Positions 10,389 to 27,695 of a DNA stretch of 64,000 nt are shown piece by piece. Location: positions 1-64,000 of the forward strand of contig CBDCDC010000001.1 of NCBI GenBank assembly GCA_965215195.1, in the 5' to 3' direction. The notes under the pieces were generated by a model, which worked only from the letters and a program-made list of their open reading frames with translations, searched no databases and was not told where the DNA came from. The position numbers and the translations under genes were made by a program. Source of the stretch: Candidatus Latescibacterota bacterium (GTDB taxonomy: Bacteria > Latescibacterota > UBA2968 > UBA8231). Position 1 is the first letter of the stretch; every line of letters begins with the position of its first letter.

Positions 10389-11345
10389 AGCCCCTTGCGG
10401 CGGCCGCGCTTCTAGGTCGAGCAGGTCGAAGAGGGCTTGGTCGGCGTCGGTGCCGGGGTGGGGGGTAGTCAACAGGCGGTCGCCCGAGAAGATGGAATTG
10501 GCCCCGGCCAAAAAGCACAGAGCTTGTTCGGCCACCGAGAGCTGATCGCGGCCAGCCGAGAGGCGCACCATAGCCGAGGGAAAGAGGATGCGGGCGCAGG
10601 CGATCATGCGGACGAGCTCCCACGCGGTCGCCTTTTCGCGGTCGCCGAGCGGTGTGCCGGCGATGGGTACTAGGGCGTTGACCGGTATGGATTCCGGCGG
10701 CGTTGGTAGCTGTAAGAGCGCGCAGAGCAGGTCGATCCGGTCTTCGTCGCTTTCGCCCATGCCCAAGATGCCGCCGCAGCAGACCGAAATCCCGGCGCGG
10801 CCGACGTGGCCTAGGGTTTCGAGGCGGTCGCGATAGGTGCGGGTGGTGACGATTTCGGGGTAGTAGTTTTCCCCGCTGTCCAAGTTGTGGTTGTACGCGT
10901 GGAGGCCGGCTTCCCGCAGTCGGCGGGCTTGGTCGGCGTTGAGCATGCCCAAGGTGCAGCAGACTTCCATGCCGGTGGCGGCGACCGCGCGCACCATGTC
11001 CAACACGCGGTCGAACTCCGCGCCATCGCGGACTTGGCGCCAAGCCGCGCCCATGCAGAAGCGCGTGCTGCCGGCGGCCGCGGCGCACTCGGCGGCCTCT
11101 CGCACGGCGGCTAGCGACAGCAGGTCTTGGCGTTCGAGACCCGTATCGAAGTGGGCCGACTGCGAGCAATAGCTGCAATTTTCAGGACAGCCGCCGGTCT
11201 TGATCGAAAGCAGGGTGCAGACCTGTACTTGCCGCGGATCGTGGTGCGCACGATGAACGGTCGCGGCGCGGTACGCGAGGTCGAGTATGGGGCTTTTGTA
11301 GAGGGCGGCGATTTCCTCGCGCGTTGCGGGCGCATTCAGGCTCAT
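10341..11345 (-). CDS. bioB: Biotin synthase (radical SAM)
   Basis: TGGCPENCSYCSQS CxxxCxxC, RFCMGAAWR, YNHNLD, VRLSAGR, GANSIF. Confidence 0.96.
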   Translation of the reverse strand: MSLNAPATREEIAALYKSPILDLAYRAATVHRAHHDPRQVQVCTLLSIKTGGCPENCSYCSQSAHFDTGLERQDLLSLAAVREAAECAAAAGSTRFCMGAAWRQVRDGAEFDRVLDMVRAVAATGMEVCCTLGMLNADQARRLREAGLHAYNHNLDSGENYYPEIVTTRTYRDRLETLGHVGRAGISVCCGGILGMGESDEDRIDLLCALLQLPTPPESIPVNALVPIAGTPLGDREKATAWELVRMIACARILFPSAMVRLSAGRDQLSVAEQALCFLAGANSIFSGDRLLTTPHPGTDADQALFDLLDLEARPPQGASERVDQLAEAVVDRG

Positions 11346-11495
11346 AAGTCCTCGATCGGTTTGGTGGATGAGCGTCTAAAATCCGAGGTTTCGCCCGGCT
11401 TGGCAAGTTCGGCCGGAACGCGACTGCCGCGCAAATGGCTTGCTCCATCGCGCTCATTGGCTTTTATTTTGAGGCTGTTTGCGGGAGGTGAACGG

Positions 11496-12966
<1,471 letters not shown>

Positions 12967-12975
12967 GCGCATTCA

Positions 12976-14193
12976 ATGAAGGTTTTGCGAGATCTGCTCG
13001 ACCAAGCCGAGCCTCTTTTCCACAAGGGGGGGCGGCTGGAAAAGTTCTACGCTCTATACGAGGCAGCCGATACATTTTTATATACGCCCGGTCGCGTCAC
13101 TGAGGGGCCGACGCACGTGCGCGATGGCATTGACCTCAAGCGCACCATGATCACGGTCGTCGTCGCGCTTGTGCCCTGTATCTTCATGGCTATGTGGAAC
13201 ACTGGCTATCAGGTCAATCTGGCCATGCAGCAGATGGAGGCCACCACGACGGGCGAATGGCGCGGGATCATCATCGACATCCTCGGCATCGGCTACAATC
13301 CCGACAGCGCACTGGCCAACGTATTCCACGGCTTTCTCTATTTTTTTCCGGTCTTTTTGGTGTGCAATATGGTGGGCGGTCTGTGGGAGGGGCTTTTCGC
13401 GATGGTTCGCAAGCACGAGATCAACGAGGGCTTCTTGGTCACGGGCATGCTCTTTCCCTTGACCCTGCCGCCGACGATCCCACTGTGGCAGGTGGCCATC
13501 GGCATCAGTTTCGGGGTGGTGCTGGGCAAAGAGGTCTTCGGCGGCACCGGCAAGAATTTCCTCAATCCAGCGCTGACCGGGCGGGCCTTCCTCTATTTTG
13601 CGTATCCCGCCGAGATCACCGGCGACGCGATCTGGGTCGCGGCCGACGGCTTTACGCATGCTACTCCATTGGGGGCGGCTGCGGCCGACGGCATGGCGGC
13701 CTTTACCGGCTCGGTGACTTGGACGCAGGCCTTCTTGGGCGCGATCCCCGGGTCCATGGGCGAAACATCGACCCTCGCCTGCCTGATCGGCGCAGCCATC
13801 CTCATCGCGACTCGGGTCGGCTCTTGGCAAATCATCGCCAGCATGACGGTGGCTACGGTCGTCTGCGCTGAGTTGCTGTACGCGATTGGCAGCGATACCA
13901 ACCCGATGTTCGAGATGGACGCGAGCTGGCATTTGGTGCTGGGCGGATATGCCTTTGGCTGCGTCTATATGGCGACCGACCCGGTGTCGGCGTCCATGAC
14001 CCCGGCCGGCCGTTGGGTGTACGGGGCGCTCATAGGCTTTATGACCGTGCTGATCCGCGTGATCAACCCGGCCTTTCCCGAGGGCGTAATGCTGGCGATT
14101 CTCTTTGGCAATGTCTTCGCTCCCGCAATCGATCACGTGGTAATACAAGCCAACATTAAGCGCCGGCTGGCCCGCACCGCTGTCAGCTCTTAG
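12976..14193 (+). CDS. nqrB: Na+-NQR subunit B
   Basis: [43 protein letters not shown] (FMN Thr), [16 protein letters not shown]. Confidence 0.96.
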   Translation: MKVLRDLLDQAEPLFHKGGRLEKFYALYEAADTFLYTPGRVTEGPTHVRDGIDLKRTMITVVVALVPCIFMAMWNTGYQVNLAMQQMEATTTGEWRGIIIDILGIGYNPDSALANVFHGFLYFFPVFLVCNMVGGLWEGLFAMVRKHEINEGFLVTGMLFPLTLPPTIPLWQVAIGISFGVVLGKEVFGGTGKNFLNPALTGRAFLYFAYPAEITGDAIWVAADGFTHATPLGAAAADGMAAFTGSVTWTQAFLGAIPGSMGETSTLACLIGAAILIATRVGSWQIIASMTVATVVCAELLYAIGSDTNPMFEMDASWHLVLGGYAFGCVYMATDPVSASMTPAGRWVYGALIGFMTVLIRVINPAFPEGVMLAILFGNVFAPAIDHVVIQANIKRRLARTAVSS

Positions 14194-14207
14194 GAGAGAT
14201 AGACAAA

Positions 14208-14999
14208 GTGGCTAACGATTCAGTAGGTAGAACATTCGGCGTGGCGCTCGGCGTTTGCCTCGTCTGCTCGGTGCTGGTATCGGCGGCGGCCGTGTCGCTG
14301 CGGCCGACCCAAGCCGTCAACAAGATGCTCGACAAGAAGCGCAATATCCTAATGGCCGCCGGCTTGCTGAAGTCCGGCGAGGCTGCAAGCGGTGAGCGCG
14401 TCGAGGAGTTGTACCAGAATATAAATCCCCGCGTCGTCGATTTGGCGACCGGGGAATACGTCGATGGAGTGGACCCTATCGCCTACGACCAGCGGCGGGC
14501 GGCCAAAGACCCGGCGCAGAGCGAGCTAGTTCCGGCCGATGTGGATATCGCCAACGTCAAGCGCCGCGCCCTCCATGCCTCGGTATATCTGGTTTCGCAG
14601 AAGGGCAAGATCAAAAAGGTCATCCTGCCCGTCCACGGCTTAGGGCTGTGGTCAACGCTCTATGGATTCGTGGCCCTCGATGCCAAGGATCTCAATACTA
14701 TCCGCGGGCTAGTGTACTACGAGCACGCCGAGACTCCGGGTTTGGGGGGCGAGGTCGATAACCCGAGCTGGAAGGCCCTGTGGGACGGCAAAAAGGCCTT
14801 CGACGAAAGCGGCGCAGTGCGTATCGAGGTGATCCGGGGCAAGGTCGTTCAGAGACGGCCCGAAGCCCAGTATCAGGTCGATGGGCTGTCGGGTGCCACC
14901 ATTACCTCGCGCGGCGTCCGGGACATGCTGCGCTACTGGCTGGGTGCAGAAGCCTTTGGGCCGTACTTGGCCAAGCTCAAAGAACGAGGAGTTAGTTAA
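14208..14999 (+). CDS. nqrC: Na+-NQR subunit C
   Basis: LPVHGLGLWSTLYG, ETPGLGGEV, VDGLSGATITS (FMN site). Confidence 0.96.
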   Translation: MANDSVGRTFGVALGVCLVCSVLVSAAAVSLRPTQAVNKMLDKKRNILMAAGLLKSGEAASGERVEELYQNINPRVVDLATGEYVDGVDPIAYDQRRAAKDPAQSELVPADVDIANVKRRALHASVYLVSQKGKIKKVILPVHGLGLWSTLYGFVALDAKDLNTIRGLVYYEHAETPGLGGEVDNPSWKALWDGKKAFDESGAVRIEVIRGKVVQRRPEAQYQVDGLSGATITSRGVRDMLRYWLGAEAFGPYLAKLKERGVS

Positions 15000-15623
15000 A
15001 TGGCTGACAAACCAAGAGACGTCCTCTTCAGGCCGCTCTTTGACTATAATCCCATTGCCTTGCTGAGCCTCGGTGTATGCTCGGCACTGGCGGTGACGAC
15101 CAAGTTGGAGACCACCGTCACCATGTGCTTGGCGGTCATTTTCGTGCTCTGTTGTTCCAACATGGCCGTCAGCCTGATCCGCAACTTCATCCCGGCCAAT
15201 ATCCGCATTATCGTGCAGATGACGATCATCGCCTCGCTGGTGATTATCGTCGATCAGTTTCTGCGCGCCTATGCCTTTGAGATCAGCAAGCAGCTTTCGG
15301 TCTTTGTCGGGCTGATCATCACCAACTGCATCATCATGGGGCGGGCCGAGGCTTTCGCCTTGCAGAACGACCCGGGCCTGAGCTTTCTCGATGGCTTGGG
15401 CAACGCCTTGGGCTACAGCGTCATCCTGATGGTCGTCGGCGTGTTGCGCGAGCTATTTGGGTCGGGTTCGCTCTTGGGGGTGCAGATGTTCGCCTTGGCT
15501 GCCGAGGGGGGTTGGTACGCGCCCAACGGCCTGATGCTCTTGCCGCCGAGCGCGTTCTTCATAATTGGCTTGTTTATATGGGCGCTCAGAACTTGGAAGA
15601 GCGAACAAGTCGACAAGGAGTAA
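15000..15623 (+). CDS. nqrD: Na+-NQR subunit D
   Basis: [31 protein letters not shown]. Confidence 0.96.
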   Translation: MADKPRDVLFRPLFDYNPIALLSLGVCSALAVTTKLETTVTMCLAVIFVLCCSNMAVSLIRNFIPANIRIIVQMTIIASLVIIVDQFLRAYAFEISKQLSVFVGLIITNCIIMGRAEAFALQNDPGLSFLDGLGNALGYSVILMVVGVLRELFGSGSLLGVQMFALAAEGGWYAPNGLMLLPPSAFFIIGLFIWALRTWKSEQVDKE

Positions 15624-15629
15624 CCGAAC

Positions 15630-16241
15630 ATGGTCGAAGCCTATCTGAGCATATTTATGAAGTCCGTGTTCGTCGAGAACATGGCACTGGCCTTCTTTTT
15701 GGGGATGTGTACTTTTCTAGCTGTCTCCAAGGAGGTGCAGACGGCCTTCGGGCTTGGGATCGCCGTAATCGTGGTACAGACAGTTACCGTCCCGGCCAAC
15801 AACCTAATCTACCAGTACCTGCTCAAGGAAGACGCCTTGGCGTGGGCGGGCTTGAGTGGGGTAGACCTGACCTTTGTAGGGCTGATTAGCTACATCGGCA
15901 TCATCGCCGCCATGGTGCAGATCCTCGAGATGTTTCTCGACAAGTTCGTGCCGGCCCTCTACAATGCGCTGGGCATCTTCCTGCCCTTGATTACCGTCAA
16001 TTGCGCGATTTTAGGCGGTTCGCTGTTCATGGTTGAGCGCGACTACAACTTCGGCGAGAGCGTGGTTTTCGGCTTTGGCTCGGGCTTTGGCTGGGCGCTG
16101 GCCATTGTCGCGCTGGCCGGCATCCGCGAGAAGATGAAGTACAGCGACGTGCCCCCAGGGCTGCGCGGCCTCGGGATCACCTTCATCACAGTGGGCCTGA
16201 TGTCTTTGGCCTTTATGTCCTTTTCCGGTATTCAGCTCTAA
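15630..16241 (+). CDS. nqrE: Na+-NQR subunit E
   Basis: [31 protein letters not shown]. Confidence 0.96.
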   Translation: MVEAYLSIFMKSVFVENMALAFFLGMCTFLAVSKEVQTAFGLGIAVIVVQTVTVPANNLIYQYLLKEDALAWAGLSGVDLTFVGLISYIGIIAAMVQILEMFLDKFVPALYNALGIFLPLITVNCAILGGSLFMVERDYNFGESVVFGFGSGFGWALAIVALAGIREKMKYSDVPPGLRGLGITFITVGLMSLAFMSFSGIQL

Positions 16242-16257
16242 CAGAAAAGAGCGTTTT

Positions 16258-17496
16258 ATGACTGAAGTCATTTCCGGCGTTGGCATGTTCACGGGCGTGG
16301 TGTTGGCCTTGGTGGCCATCATCTTGGTCGCGCGCTCCCGGCTGGTGCCCAGCGGCAACGTGCGGATCCTCATCAACGACGACGAGAGCAAGGCCCTCTC
16401 CGTTCCAGCCGGAGGCAAGCTGCTCAACGTGCTGGCCGACAACAAGGTTTTCGTGTCTTCGGCCTGCGGCGGCGGCGGCACCTGCGCCCAGTGCAAGGTC
16501 AACATCTACGAGGGCGGCGGCGATATCTTGCAGACCGAGACCAGCCACATTACCAAGCGCGAGGAGCGCGAGGGCGTGCGGCTTTCTTGCCAAGTCAACG
16601 TCAAGCAGGACATGAAGATCGAAGTGCCGCCCGAAGTGTTCTCGGTCAAGAAGTGGGAGTGCGAAGTCGTATCCAACGACAACGTGGCAACCTTTATAAA
16701 GGAATTTATCGTCAAGCTCCCCGAGGGCGAAACGCTCGACTTCCAGCCCGGCGGCTTTATCCAGATCGAAGTGCCGCCCTTTGAGTGCGACTTCAAGGAT
16801 TTTGAGGGGATTGAGGAGCGCTTTCACCCGGATTGGGACCGCTTCAAGGTCTGGGATTTCAAAGCCGTCAATACCGAGCCCGTCTTCCGCGCTTATTCCA
16901 TGGCCAATCACCCGGCCGAGGGCGACATCATCATGCTCAACATCCGCATCGCCACTCCGCCGCCCGACCGCGAAAAGGGCGGCTGGGAGGACGTGCCACC
17001 GGGCGTCGCCTCTTCTTATGTGTTCAGCCGCAAGCCGGGCGACAAGGTGACGATCTCGGGTCCCTTCGGCGAGTTTTTCATCCAAGACACCGACCGCGAA
17101 ATGGTCTATATCGGCGGTGGCGCTGGCATGGCACCTTTGCGCTCGCATCTATACCACCTCTTCCACACGCTCAAGACGGGGCGCAAGGTGTCCTATTGGT
17201 ACGGGGCGCGCAATCCCAACGAGGTCTTCTACGAGGACCACTTCCGCAAAATCGAACAAGAGTTTCCCAACTTCACCTTCCACATCGCCATGTCCGAGCC
17301 GCGACCGGAGGACCATTGGGACGGCTATGTGGGCTTTATTCACCAGGTGGTGTACGACCATTATCTCAAGGATCATCCCGCCCCTGAAGACATCGAGTAT
17401 TACCTGTGCGGCCCGCCGCTGATGCTCGGTGCCGCGCTCGGGATGCTCGACGATCTAGGCATTGAAGAGGAAATGATCCGCTTTGACGAGTTTTGA
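16258..17496 (+). CDS. nqrF: Na+-NQR subunit F
   Basis: [12 protein letters not shown] 2Fe-2[22 protein letters not shown]. Confidence 0.96.
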   Translation: MTEVISGVGMFTGVVLALVAIILVARSRLVPSGNVRILINDDESKALSVPAGGKLLNVLADNKVFVSSACGGGGTCAQCKVNIYEGGGDILQTETSHITKREEREGVRLSCQVNVKQDMKIEVPPEVFSVKKWECEVVSNDNVATFIKEFIVKLPEGETLDFQPGGFIQIEVPPFECDFKDFEGIEERFHPDWDRFKVWDFKAVNTEPVFRAYSMANHPAEGDIIMLNIRIATPPPDREKGGWEDVPPGVASSYVFSRKPGDKVTISGPFGEFFIQDTDREMVYIGGGAGMAPLRSHLYHLFHTLKTGRKVSYWYGARNPNEVFYEDHFRKIEQEFPNFTFHIAMSEPRPEDHWDGYVGFIHQVVYDHYLKDHPAPEDIEYYLCGPPLMLGAALGMLDDLGIEEEMIRFDEF

Positions 17497-17505
17497 GAAA
17501 CGAGG

Positions 17506-17709
17506 ATGACTATGAGCACGCTTATCGCCGCTTTCACCGTTTTTGGGCTGGTCATGGTTGCCATGGCTGTCGGCGTGATTTTTAGCAATCGCCGGATCCA
17601 AGGCTCGTGCGGCGGGCTGGGCACTATGCGCGATGCATTGGGCCAGCCTATGTGCGAGTGCGGTCAGGCACCCGGCTCGTGCGGGGATGCCGGGTCGGAG
17701 ACGGATTGA
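17506..17709 (+). CDS. nqrM: Na+-NQR maturation protein NqrM
   Basis: TM segment then [15 protein letters not shown] and further Cys; directly after nqrF. Confidence 0.85.
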   Translation: MTMSTLIAAFTVFGLVMVAMAVGVIFSNRRIQGSCGGLGTMRDALGQPMCECGQAPGSCGDAGSETD

Positions 17710-17778
17710 TCGTTTAAGCGCGAAAACACTTGCCTAAACGGCGGGTTGCCACCGCCGTCTTTCTTTGCGCGTAAGAGT

Positions 17779-18021
17779 ATGGTCGCCAAAAAAAAGACCG
17801 GGGCATACGCGGATATCGGTTCGTACGCCAGCTTGGGGATTCAATTCGCGGCGACTATCCTGATCTTCGTGTCTATCGGCTGGTGGCTTGACGGCAAGTT
17901 TGCAACTACGCCGCTCTTTCTCTTGGTGGGTACCCTGCTTGGCGCGGGTGCTGGATTTTACAAACTCTATCGGACGCTGATAGACTTAGATGAGCGGCGC
18001 AAGCGGGAGGACGGACCGTGA
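17779..18021 (+). CDS. AtpZ/AtpI-family ATP synthase accessory protein
   Basis: Two TM helices, GWWLDGKFATTP.FLLVG.LLG pattern; first gene of the atp operon. Confidence 0.85.
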   Translation: MVAKKKTGAYADIGSYASLGIQFAATILIFVSIGWWLDGKFATTPLFLLVGTLLGAGAGFYKLYRTLIDLDERRKREDGP

Positions 18022-18308
18022 AGTGGGACAGCATCGTCGCTGGCTTGGTGGTCGCTGGGATCAACGGCGCACTCGCACTGGGGGTGATTCGCTGGGGATG
18101 GGGCAAGGGTATGCAGGTCTTTATGATCGCCTTCTTCGGGGGGATGATCGCACGGTTGATCGCCGTGGTGGTCCTCTCGGTACTGGTGCTCAAATGGGCC
18201 GAGTTCCACCCCGCGAGTTACGTCACCGCGCTAGTAGCCGCGTACTTGCTTTTTCTCGTACTTGAAATTTTTTACGTACTCAAGCTACAAGGCCGTTCAA
18301 AGCGCTAA
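18018..18308 (+). CDS. ATP synthase protein I-like membrane protein
   Basis: Hydrophobic 96 aa, GTGA overlap, position before atpB. Confidence 0.65.
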   Translation: MKWDSIVAGLVVAGINGALALGVIRWGWGKGMQVFMIAFFGGMIARLIAVVVLSVLVLKWAEFHPASYVTALVAAYLLFLVLEIFYVLKLQGRSKR

Positions 18309-18323
18309 AAAGCCCGTGAGGTA

Positions 18324-18352
18324 TTGACAGAAATTTGCGGCCCAATTAATTT
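18324..18352 (+). promoter_or_regulatory. Sigma70-type promoter for atpB onward
   Basis: TTGACA-17 nt-TAATTT. Confidence 0.6.
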
Positions 18353-18411
18353 ATTTGGTTGGCTACTGCGACAGATTCCCTCCTATTTTTACATATTTCA
18401 CAAGGCAGTAA

Positions 18412-19507
<1,096 letters not shown>

Positions 19508-19517
19508 TACAAGCCCT

Positions 19518-20009
19518 ATGTTACTTGATCCCCATTCGGGGCTCATAATATGGACGATCATCACCTTTTTGGTGGTGCTTCTCGTCCTCAGAAAATTCGC
19601 TTGGCCCCAGCTTTTGGCAGTCCTCGACGAGCGCGAGAAACGCATCAGCGATGCGCTTGCCGCGGCTGAGCAGGCGCGGCAAGAGGCCGAAGAGGTATTG
19701 CGCGAGCACCGGCAGAAGCTCGCCGCCGCTGATGAAGAGGCGCGGCAGGTCGTCACCGAGGCCCGCGAGGCCGGGGCACATGTGCGGCAGCGGATCGTCT
19801 CCCAAGCGCGGGAAGAGGCCGAGCGGATGATCGACCAAGCGCGGACCAGTATCGAAAGCGAGAAGCGCGCCGCCATCGCCGAGTTGCGCCGCGAGACGGC
19901 CGATCTCGCGGTTCAAGCCGCTGGTGCGCTGATCGACGCCAATTTGGACGATGAGAGAAACCGCGGCCTAGTCGACGACTTGATCGCCAGAATTCCCGAA
20001 TCCAATTGA
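19518..20009 (+). CDS. atpF: ATP synthase Fo subunit b
   Basis: N-terminal TM, KFAWP..LDERE, coiled coil. Confidence 0.95.
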   Translation: MLLDPHSGLIIWTIITFLVVLLVLRKFAWPQLLAVLDEREKRISDALAAAEQARQEAEEVLREHRQKLAAADEEARQVVTEAREAGAHVRQRIVSQAREEAERMIDQARTSIESEKRAAIAELRRETADLAVQAAGALIDANLDDERNRGLVDDLIARIPESN

Positions 20010-20031
20010 ACGCCATCGTGCGAGCAGGACC

Positions 20032-20568
20032 ATGAACGCACCCGAAGTAGTGAGACGCTACGCGGCTACGCTGCTGGAGGCCGCCGATGAAACGGGCGCG
20101 ACCGCAGCGGTGCAGCGCGACGTTGAGCGGCTTTTGGAGACCGTGCGCCAATCCGGCGAGTTGGCCGAGTTTTTGGCCAACCCCCTAGCCGACAGCCAAG
20201 CTCAAGCCAATGTCCTGCGGGAGCTTTTCAGCGGCCAGATTGAGGTGTTGACCCTGAACTTCCTCCGGCTCATGGCAGTTAGGGGCCGCGCCTCTATCAT
20301 TGGGGTGGCACTCGAAAGTTTTCTCGACCAAATCGCCGAGCGCGAGGGCATAATCGGCGCTGAGGTGCGCTCGGCCGTGGCCCTGAGTGCGGAGCAGTGC
20401 CAGCGCCTACAAGTGTGCTTAGAGCGCTACAGCGGCCGAACAGTGCGTTTGGATGTCCAAGTCGATGCTAGCCTGCGGGGCGGCGCGGTCGTCCGCCTCG
20501 GCGACACAGTATTCGACGGCAGTGTGAACACCTATCTGGAGCGCCTGCAAGCGCGTTTAGCCGGTTAG
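20032..20568 (+). CDS. atpH: ATP synthase F1 subunit delta
   Basis: RRYAATL, VDASLRGG.VVRLGDTVFDGS. Confidence 0.94.
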   Translation: MNAPEVVRRYAATLLEAADETGATAAVQRDVERLLETVRQSGELAEFLANPLADSQAQANVLRELFSGQIEVLTLNFLRLMAVRGRASIIGVALESFLDQIAEREGIIGAEVRSAVALSAEQCQRLQVCLERYSGRTVRLDVQVDASLRGGAVVRLGDTVFDGSVNTYLERLQARLAG

Positions 20569-20583
20569 TCAGCAGGAGGATCT

Positions 20584-22110
<1,527 letters not shown>

Positions 22111-22118
22111 GCTGAGCT

Positions 22119-24396
<2,278 letters not shown>

Positions 24397-24399
24397 GCC

Positions 24400-24801
24400 A
24401 TGCCTGCCTTCGCCTTAGAGGTCGTCACGCCAGAGCGGGTGGCCTACTCGGGGCCGGTTGCCAGCCTGCAAGCACCCGGCAGCGAGGGGAGTTTCGGCGT
24501 CTTGGCCGGACACATACCGCTTTTGACCGGGTTGCAGATCGGGCGGTTGCGCTTTGTCGAGGAGGGCGGCCGCGAGATCCAAATGGCCATCAGCGGCGGT
24601 TTTGTTGAGGTCGAGCGTACGCAGGTTGTGGTGCTGGCCGAGACGGCTGAACGCATCGAGGAGATCGACGTTGAGCGCGCCGCGGCGGCGCGGCGGCGGG
24701 CCGAGGAGCGGTTGGCACGGCGGCGGGAGGAGCGGGTCGATGTAGCGCGGGCGCAGGCGGCGCTGGCGCGGGCGATCAATCGCATTCGCACGAGTAGTTG
24801 A
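24400..24801 (+). CDS. atpC: ATP synthase F1 subunit epsilon
   Basis: LEVVTPER, GSFGVLAGH, ISGGFVEV, IDVERA. Confidence 0.95.
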   Translation: MPAFALEVVTPERVAYSGPVASLQAPGSEGSFGVLAGHIPLLTGLQIGRLRFVEEGGREIQMAISGGFVEVERTQVVVLAETAERIEEIDVERAAAARRRAEERLARRREERVDVARAQAALARAINRIRTSS

Positions 24802-24804
24802 ATT

Positions 24805-27126
24805 TTGAGTACCATACAGGGGCTTCCTGCCCTGTGCCTATCTTACGCTACAATTCTCCAATTTTATGCCATAGGCGAGGCCGCTACTCTTACTGTAACT
24901 ACATTGGACTCCCTGACACAAAAGCCGGTCAATGGGGTGTTCGTGAATGTTGCAGGATCGCCGCATACGTCAATAACGGACATTGCAGGAAAGACTCGCC
25001 TTGAACTAGCTCCGGGACACCTACTGGTGCAGTACTCCCATATTGCCTATTCCAGTGGTGTTATACAAACGCACTTGGACTCATTAGGTTCGACTCTCCT
25101 GATCCTGCTTCAAACTCATTCAGTTAAAATTCCCGAGATAATAATAAGCACTTCGGCAAGTACACCAGAGCAGGGCAAGACCGACATCTCACTGATTGAA
25201 TTACGGAGATATCCGGCCCCGACCAATGACCCTTTGCGATACCTGAAAGTATTGCCCGGAATTACCTCGGGCAACGACTTCAGTGGGTTGTACAATGTTC
25301 AAGGTGGCAATTACGACCAAAACCTTGTGTACATCAACGGCGTTGAAATGGAACCACCCCTTCTGCTGCGCCGAGGTTTGGCTCAGACTCTTTCCATGTT
25401 GAATCCTGCAATGATCGATAGCATGACGTTTCGGGCCATTTCATTCCCCGTGGCATTCGGAGATAAACTCAGCAGTGTGCTCGACGCCAATTACAAGCTG
25501 AATGCGAAGGAAAATAGAGGGACCTTGGAGCTATCAGCAACAACTCAGAGTCTCACACTCCAAGGACACCTCGCTCAACCTCTCGATTTCATTAGCGGTA
25601 TACGCTATTCCAATCTGAGCCGAAATTCTCGCGGTCTTCAAATTTCCGGCCAATTCGAGCGGAAGTTTTGGGATTGGCAGACTCAGATAAGAGTCAAGTA
25701 TCCCCGAATCGGCCAACTAATACTCTATATGGCAACTCTCAGAAGTACCTTTGGCATGCGGCCAGAGGAAATTTTACTTCGCTACAACTGTCATGCTTTT
25801 CGTCATAAGAGAATATGCGATGAGTACCACGGTTTCGCGAGCGGGCATGAGAACTTCACTTACGAGGACAATCTCCTAGGAATGTCCATAAAACATGGGA
25901 GAATCAGAGTATATACCAATATAGTACACAAGAGAGAAGACGAAGACACCAGTGTACAGTACGAAATTGAACCTGGTAGTATTCGAAGCACGGAGGCCTT
26001 CACTAACCAACTGAAACAGATAAAGGTCGAATCTGCAATAGTCGCATCAAAGAACTTAGGGGAATCACATTTCATGGTAGGGGCAGGTGCGAGATTCCTA
26101 AAGATCAATGGTAATGTAAATTCTTTTGAGGAAATTACATACGACCGTGGAAGATTCTTCGCGGAAGGCATCAACTCGGAATTGCAACGCAACTACAATG
26201 ACAGTTTCTTCTATCTTCAAAGCCGACGCCAAGATGGCCGCTTACAGACCGTCTTCGGAGTGCGAATCGCTCAGTTTGGGGCAACCGGTGAGACAATTGT
26301 AATGCCGCGAATTAGCGCCAACTATCGGCTCTTTCCTCGTGTGTCATGGACACTTGCAGCCGGGCGGCACACACAGCCACCTATATACAAGGAGTTCTTA
26401 CGAGGCGAATCGTCAAGAGAGAGCCTTAAGTCTCAACGATCCGATCAAGTAGGCACTGGGCTTATCTACGAAATCCAAGAGTCATTGTATTGGAGCACTG
26501 AGATCTTCTATAGGCTCCAGTGGAGAATGATCTCTTACCAAATTGACGATCTTCGAATGCGCTATTCAGGTGAGAATGATTCGAAAGGACGCGTCTTTGG
26601 TGTGAATTCGAAACTTAGAGGAAAACTAGACAGTCTGATTGGAATTGTGAGCTATGGCTATTTGATAGCGCGAGAGAACATCATTGGAGATGGCCACGCC
26701 TACCTTCCGCGAGCAAATGATCAGCGTCATACGTTATCCATGTATCTCGAAGATAGGATGTTCCTAGACTTTTCGAGGATACGTTTTCTAGATTACTCTC
26801 GATTTCACATTCGCGTTTTGTATGGGACTGGCTTTCCACACACCCCAAAGATCGTAACCGTATCGGAAGATGGCCGCCCACAATTAACTGATGGACCGCG
26901 CAACAGTGTACGAGATAGACCGTATTTTAGATTTGACGTCGGGATGACTCAAGCGACTAGCTTGTGGCGGAAGACGCTTCACCTCCGCGAAGAAATAGCA
27001 AATGTATTCGACCAGCATAACGTCTTAGGCTATTCTTACCTCCCATCATCAAGTGGAAAGCCAATTGAGCTGCGTAGGTCGCTAGGGCGTCGGGTTTACA
27101 ACGTTTCGGTGTCTATAGAATTTTAA
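24805..27126 (+). CDS. TonB-dependent outer-membrane receptor (start uncertain)
   Basis: Plug motif LKVLPGI..YNVQGGNYDQNLVYING, FGDKLSSVL, PRISANY, C-terminal Phe (YNVSVSIEF); visibly lower GC than flanks. Confidence 0.88.
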   Translation: MSTIQGLPALCLSYATILQFYAIGEAATLTVTTLDSLTQKPVNGVFVNVAGSPHTSITDIAGKTRLELAPGHLLVQYSHIAYSSGVIQTHLDSLGSTLLILLQTHSVKIPEIIISTSASTPEQGKTDISLIELRRYPAPTNDPLRYLKVLPGITSGNDFSGLYNVQGGNYDQNLVYINGVEMEPPLLLRRGLAQTLSMLNPAMIDSMTFRAISFPVAFGDKLSSVLDANYKLNAKENRGTLELSATTQSLTLQGHLAQPLDFISGIRYSNLSRNSRGLQISGQFERKFWDWQTQIRVKYPRIGQLILYMATLRSTFGMRPEEILLRYNCHAFRHKRICDEYHGFASGHENFTYEDNLLGMSIKHGRIRVYTNIVHKREDEDTSVQYEIEPGSIRSTEAFTNQLKQIKVESAIVASKNLGESHFMVGAGARFLKINGNVNSFEEITYDRGRFFAEGINSELQRNYNDSFFYLQSRRQDGRLQTVFGVRIAQFGATGETIVMPRISANYRLFPRVSWTLAAGRHTQPPIYKEFLRGESSRESLKSQRSDQVGTGLIYEIQESLYWSTEIFYRLQWRMISYQIDDLRMRYSGENDSKGRVFGVNSKLRGKLDSLIGIVSYGYLIARENIIGDGHAYLPRANDQRHTLSMYLEDRMFLDFSRIRFLDYSRFHIRVLYGTGFPHTPKIVTVSEDGRPQLTDGPRNSVRDRPYFRFDVGMTQATSLWRKTLHLREEIANVFDQHNVLGYSYLPSSSGKPIELRRSLGRRVYNVSVSIEF

Positions 27127-27216
27127 CTTGCTCCTGAGGCTCTCAAGTCTGCATGGGTTTGTACGTTTTAAGAAAGATAGAAGTTACATCCATCAGAATC
27201 TGGGGCAAGTGCTGAG

Positions 27217-27381
27217 ATGAGTATCTTTATCTCGCACCGGTTCTCAACAGTCCGTATGGCTGATCTCATAGTAGTATTAGATGATGGATGTGTGCTAGAG
27301 AAGGGAACCCATGATGAGCTACTCCTGCAAAATGGGAAGTACGCCGAAATGTTCAATGTCCAGGCGGAACGATACCGCTGA
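27217..27381 (+). pseudogene. C-terminal remnant of an ABC transporter ATP-binding protein
   Basis: Manual translation: SIFISHRFSTVRMADLIVVLDDGCVLEKGTHDELLLQNGKYAEMFNVQAERYR*; H-loop and tail only, no upstream Walker motifs. Confidence 0.85.
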
Positions 27382-27394
27382 AACTGCTCGCCAC

Positions 27395-27695
27395 CTCAGT
27401 AAGGCAGCGGTCTCTGTCGTCTGACCGACATCGGCCTCGTCTTCCTGCTTTTTCAGGACGTTCGCAACCGCAAGGAGCATGGCAAGCGCGATCAGTCCAG
27501 CCGCAATCAGCTAGACCTGATCGAAATGCCGGGCAACCATACTGGAAAGCGCACCAAAGAGGGTGATCAGGCTGAAGGTGCGTATTCCCGCCATGCGCGA
27601 GCGAATCGCTCTCTCTGTAGTCCGACCAACAATCCCAAGCCAAGGGCGATACCCAATGTCGCAACATCAGAATTCACTAGAGCGGATTTGTCCAT
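27395..27695 (-). pseudogene. Disrupted MgtC/SapB (DUF4010-type) membrane protein, N-terminal remnant
   Basis: LGLGLLVGLQRER, then frameshift to MAGIRTFSLITLFG, in-frame TAG, second frameshift to DVGQTTETAALL, then truncation. Confidence 0.78.
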
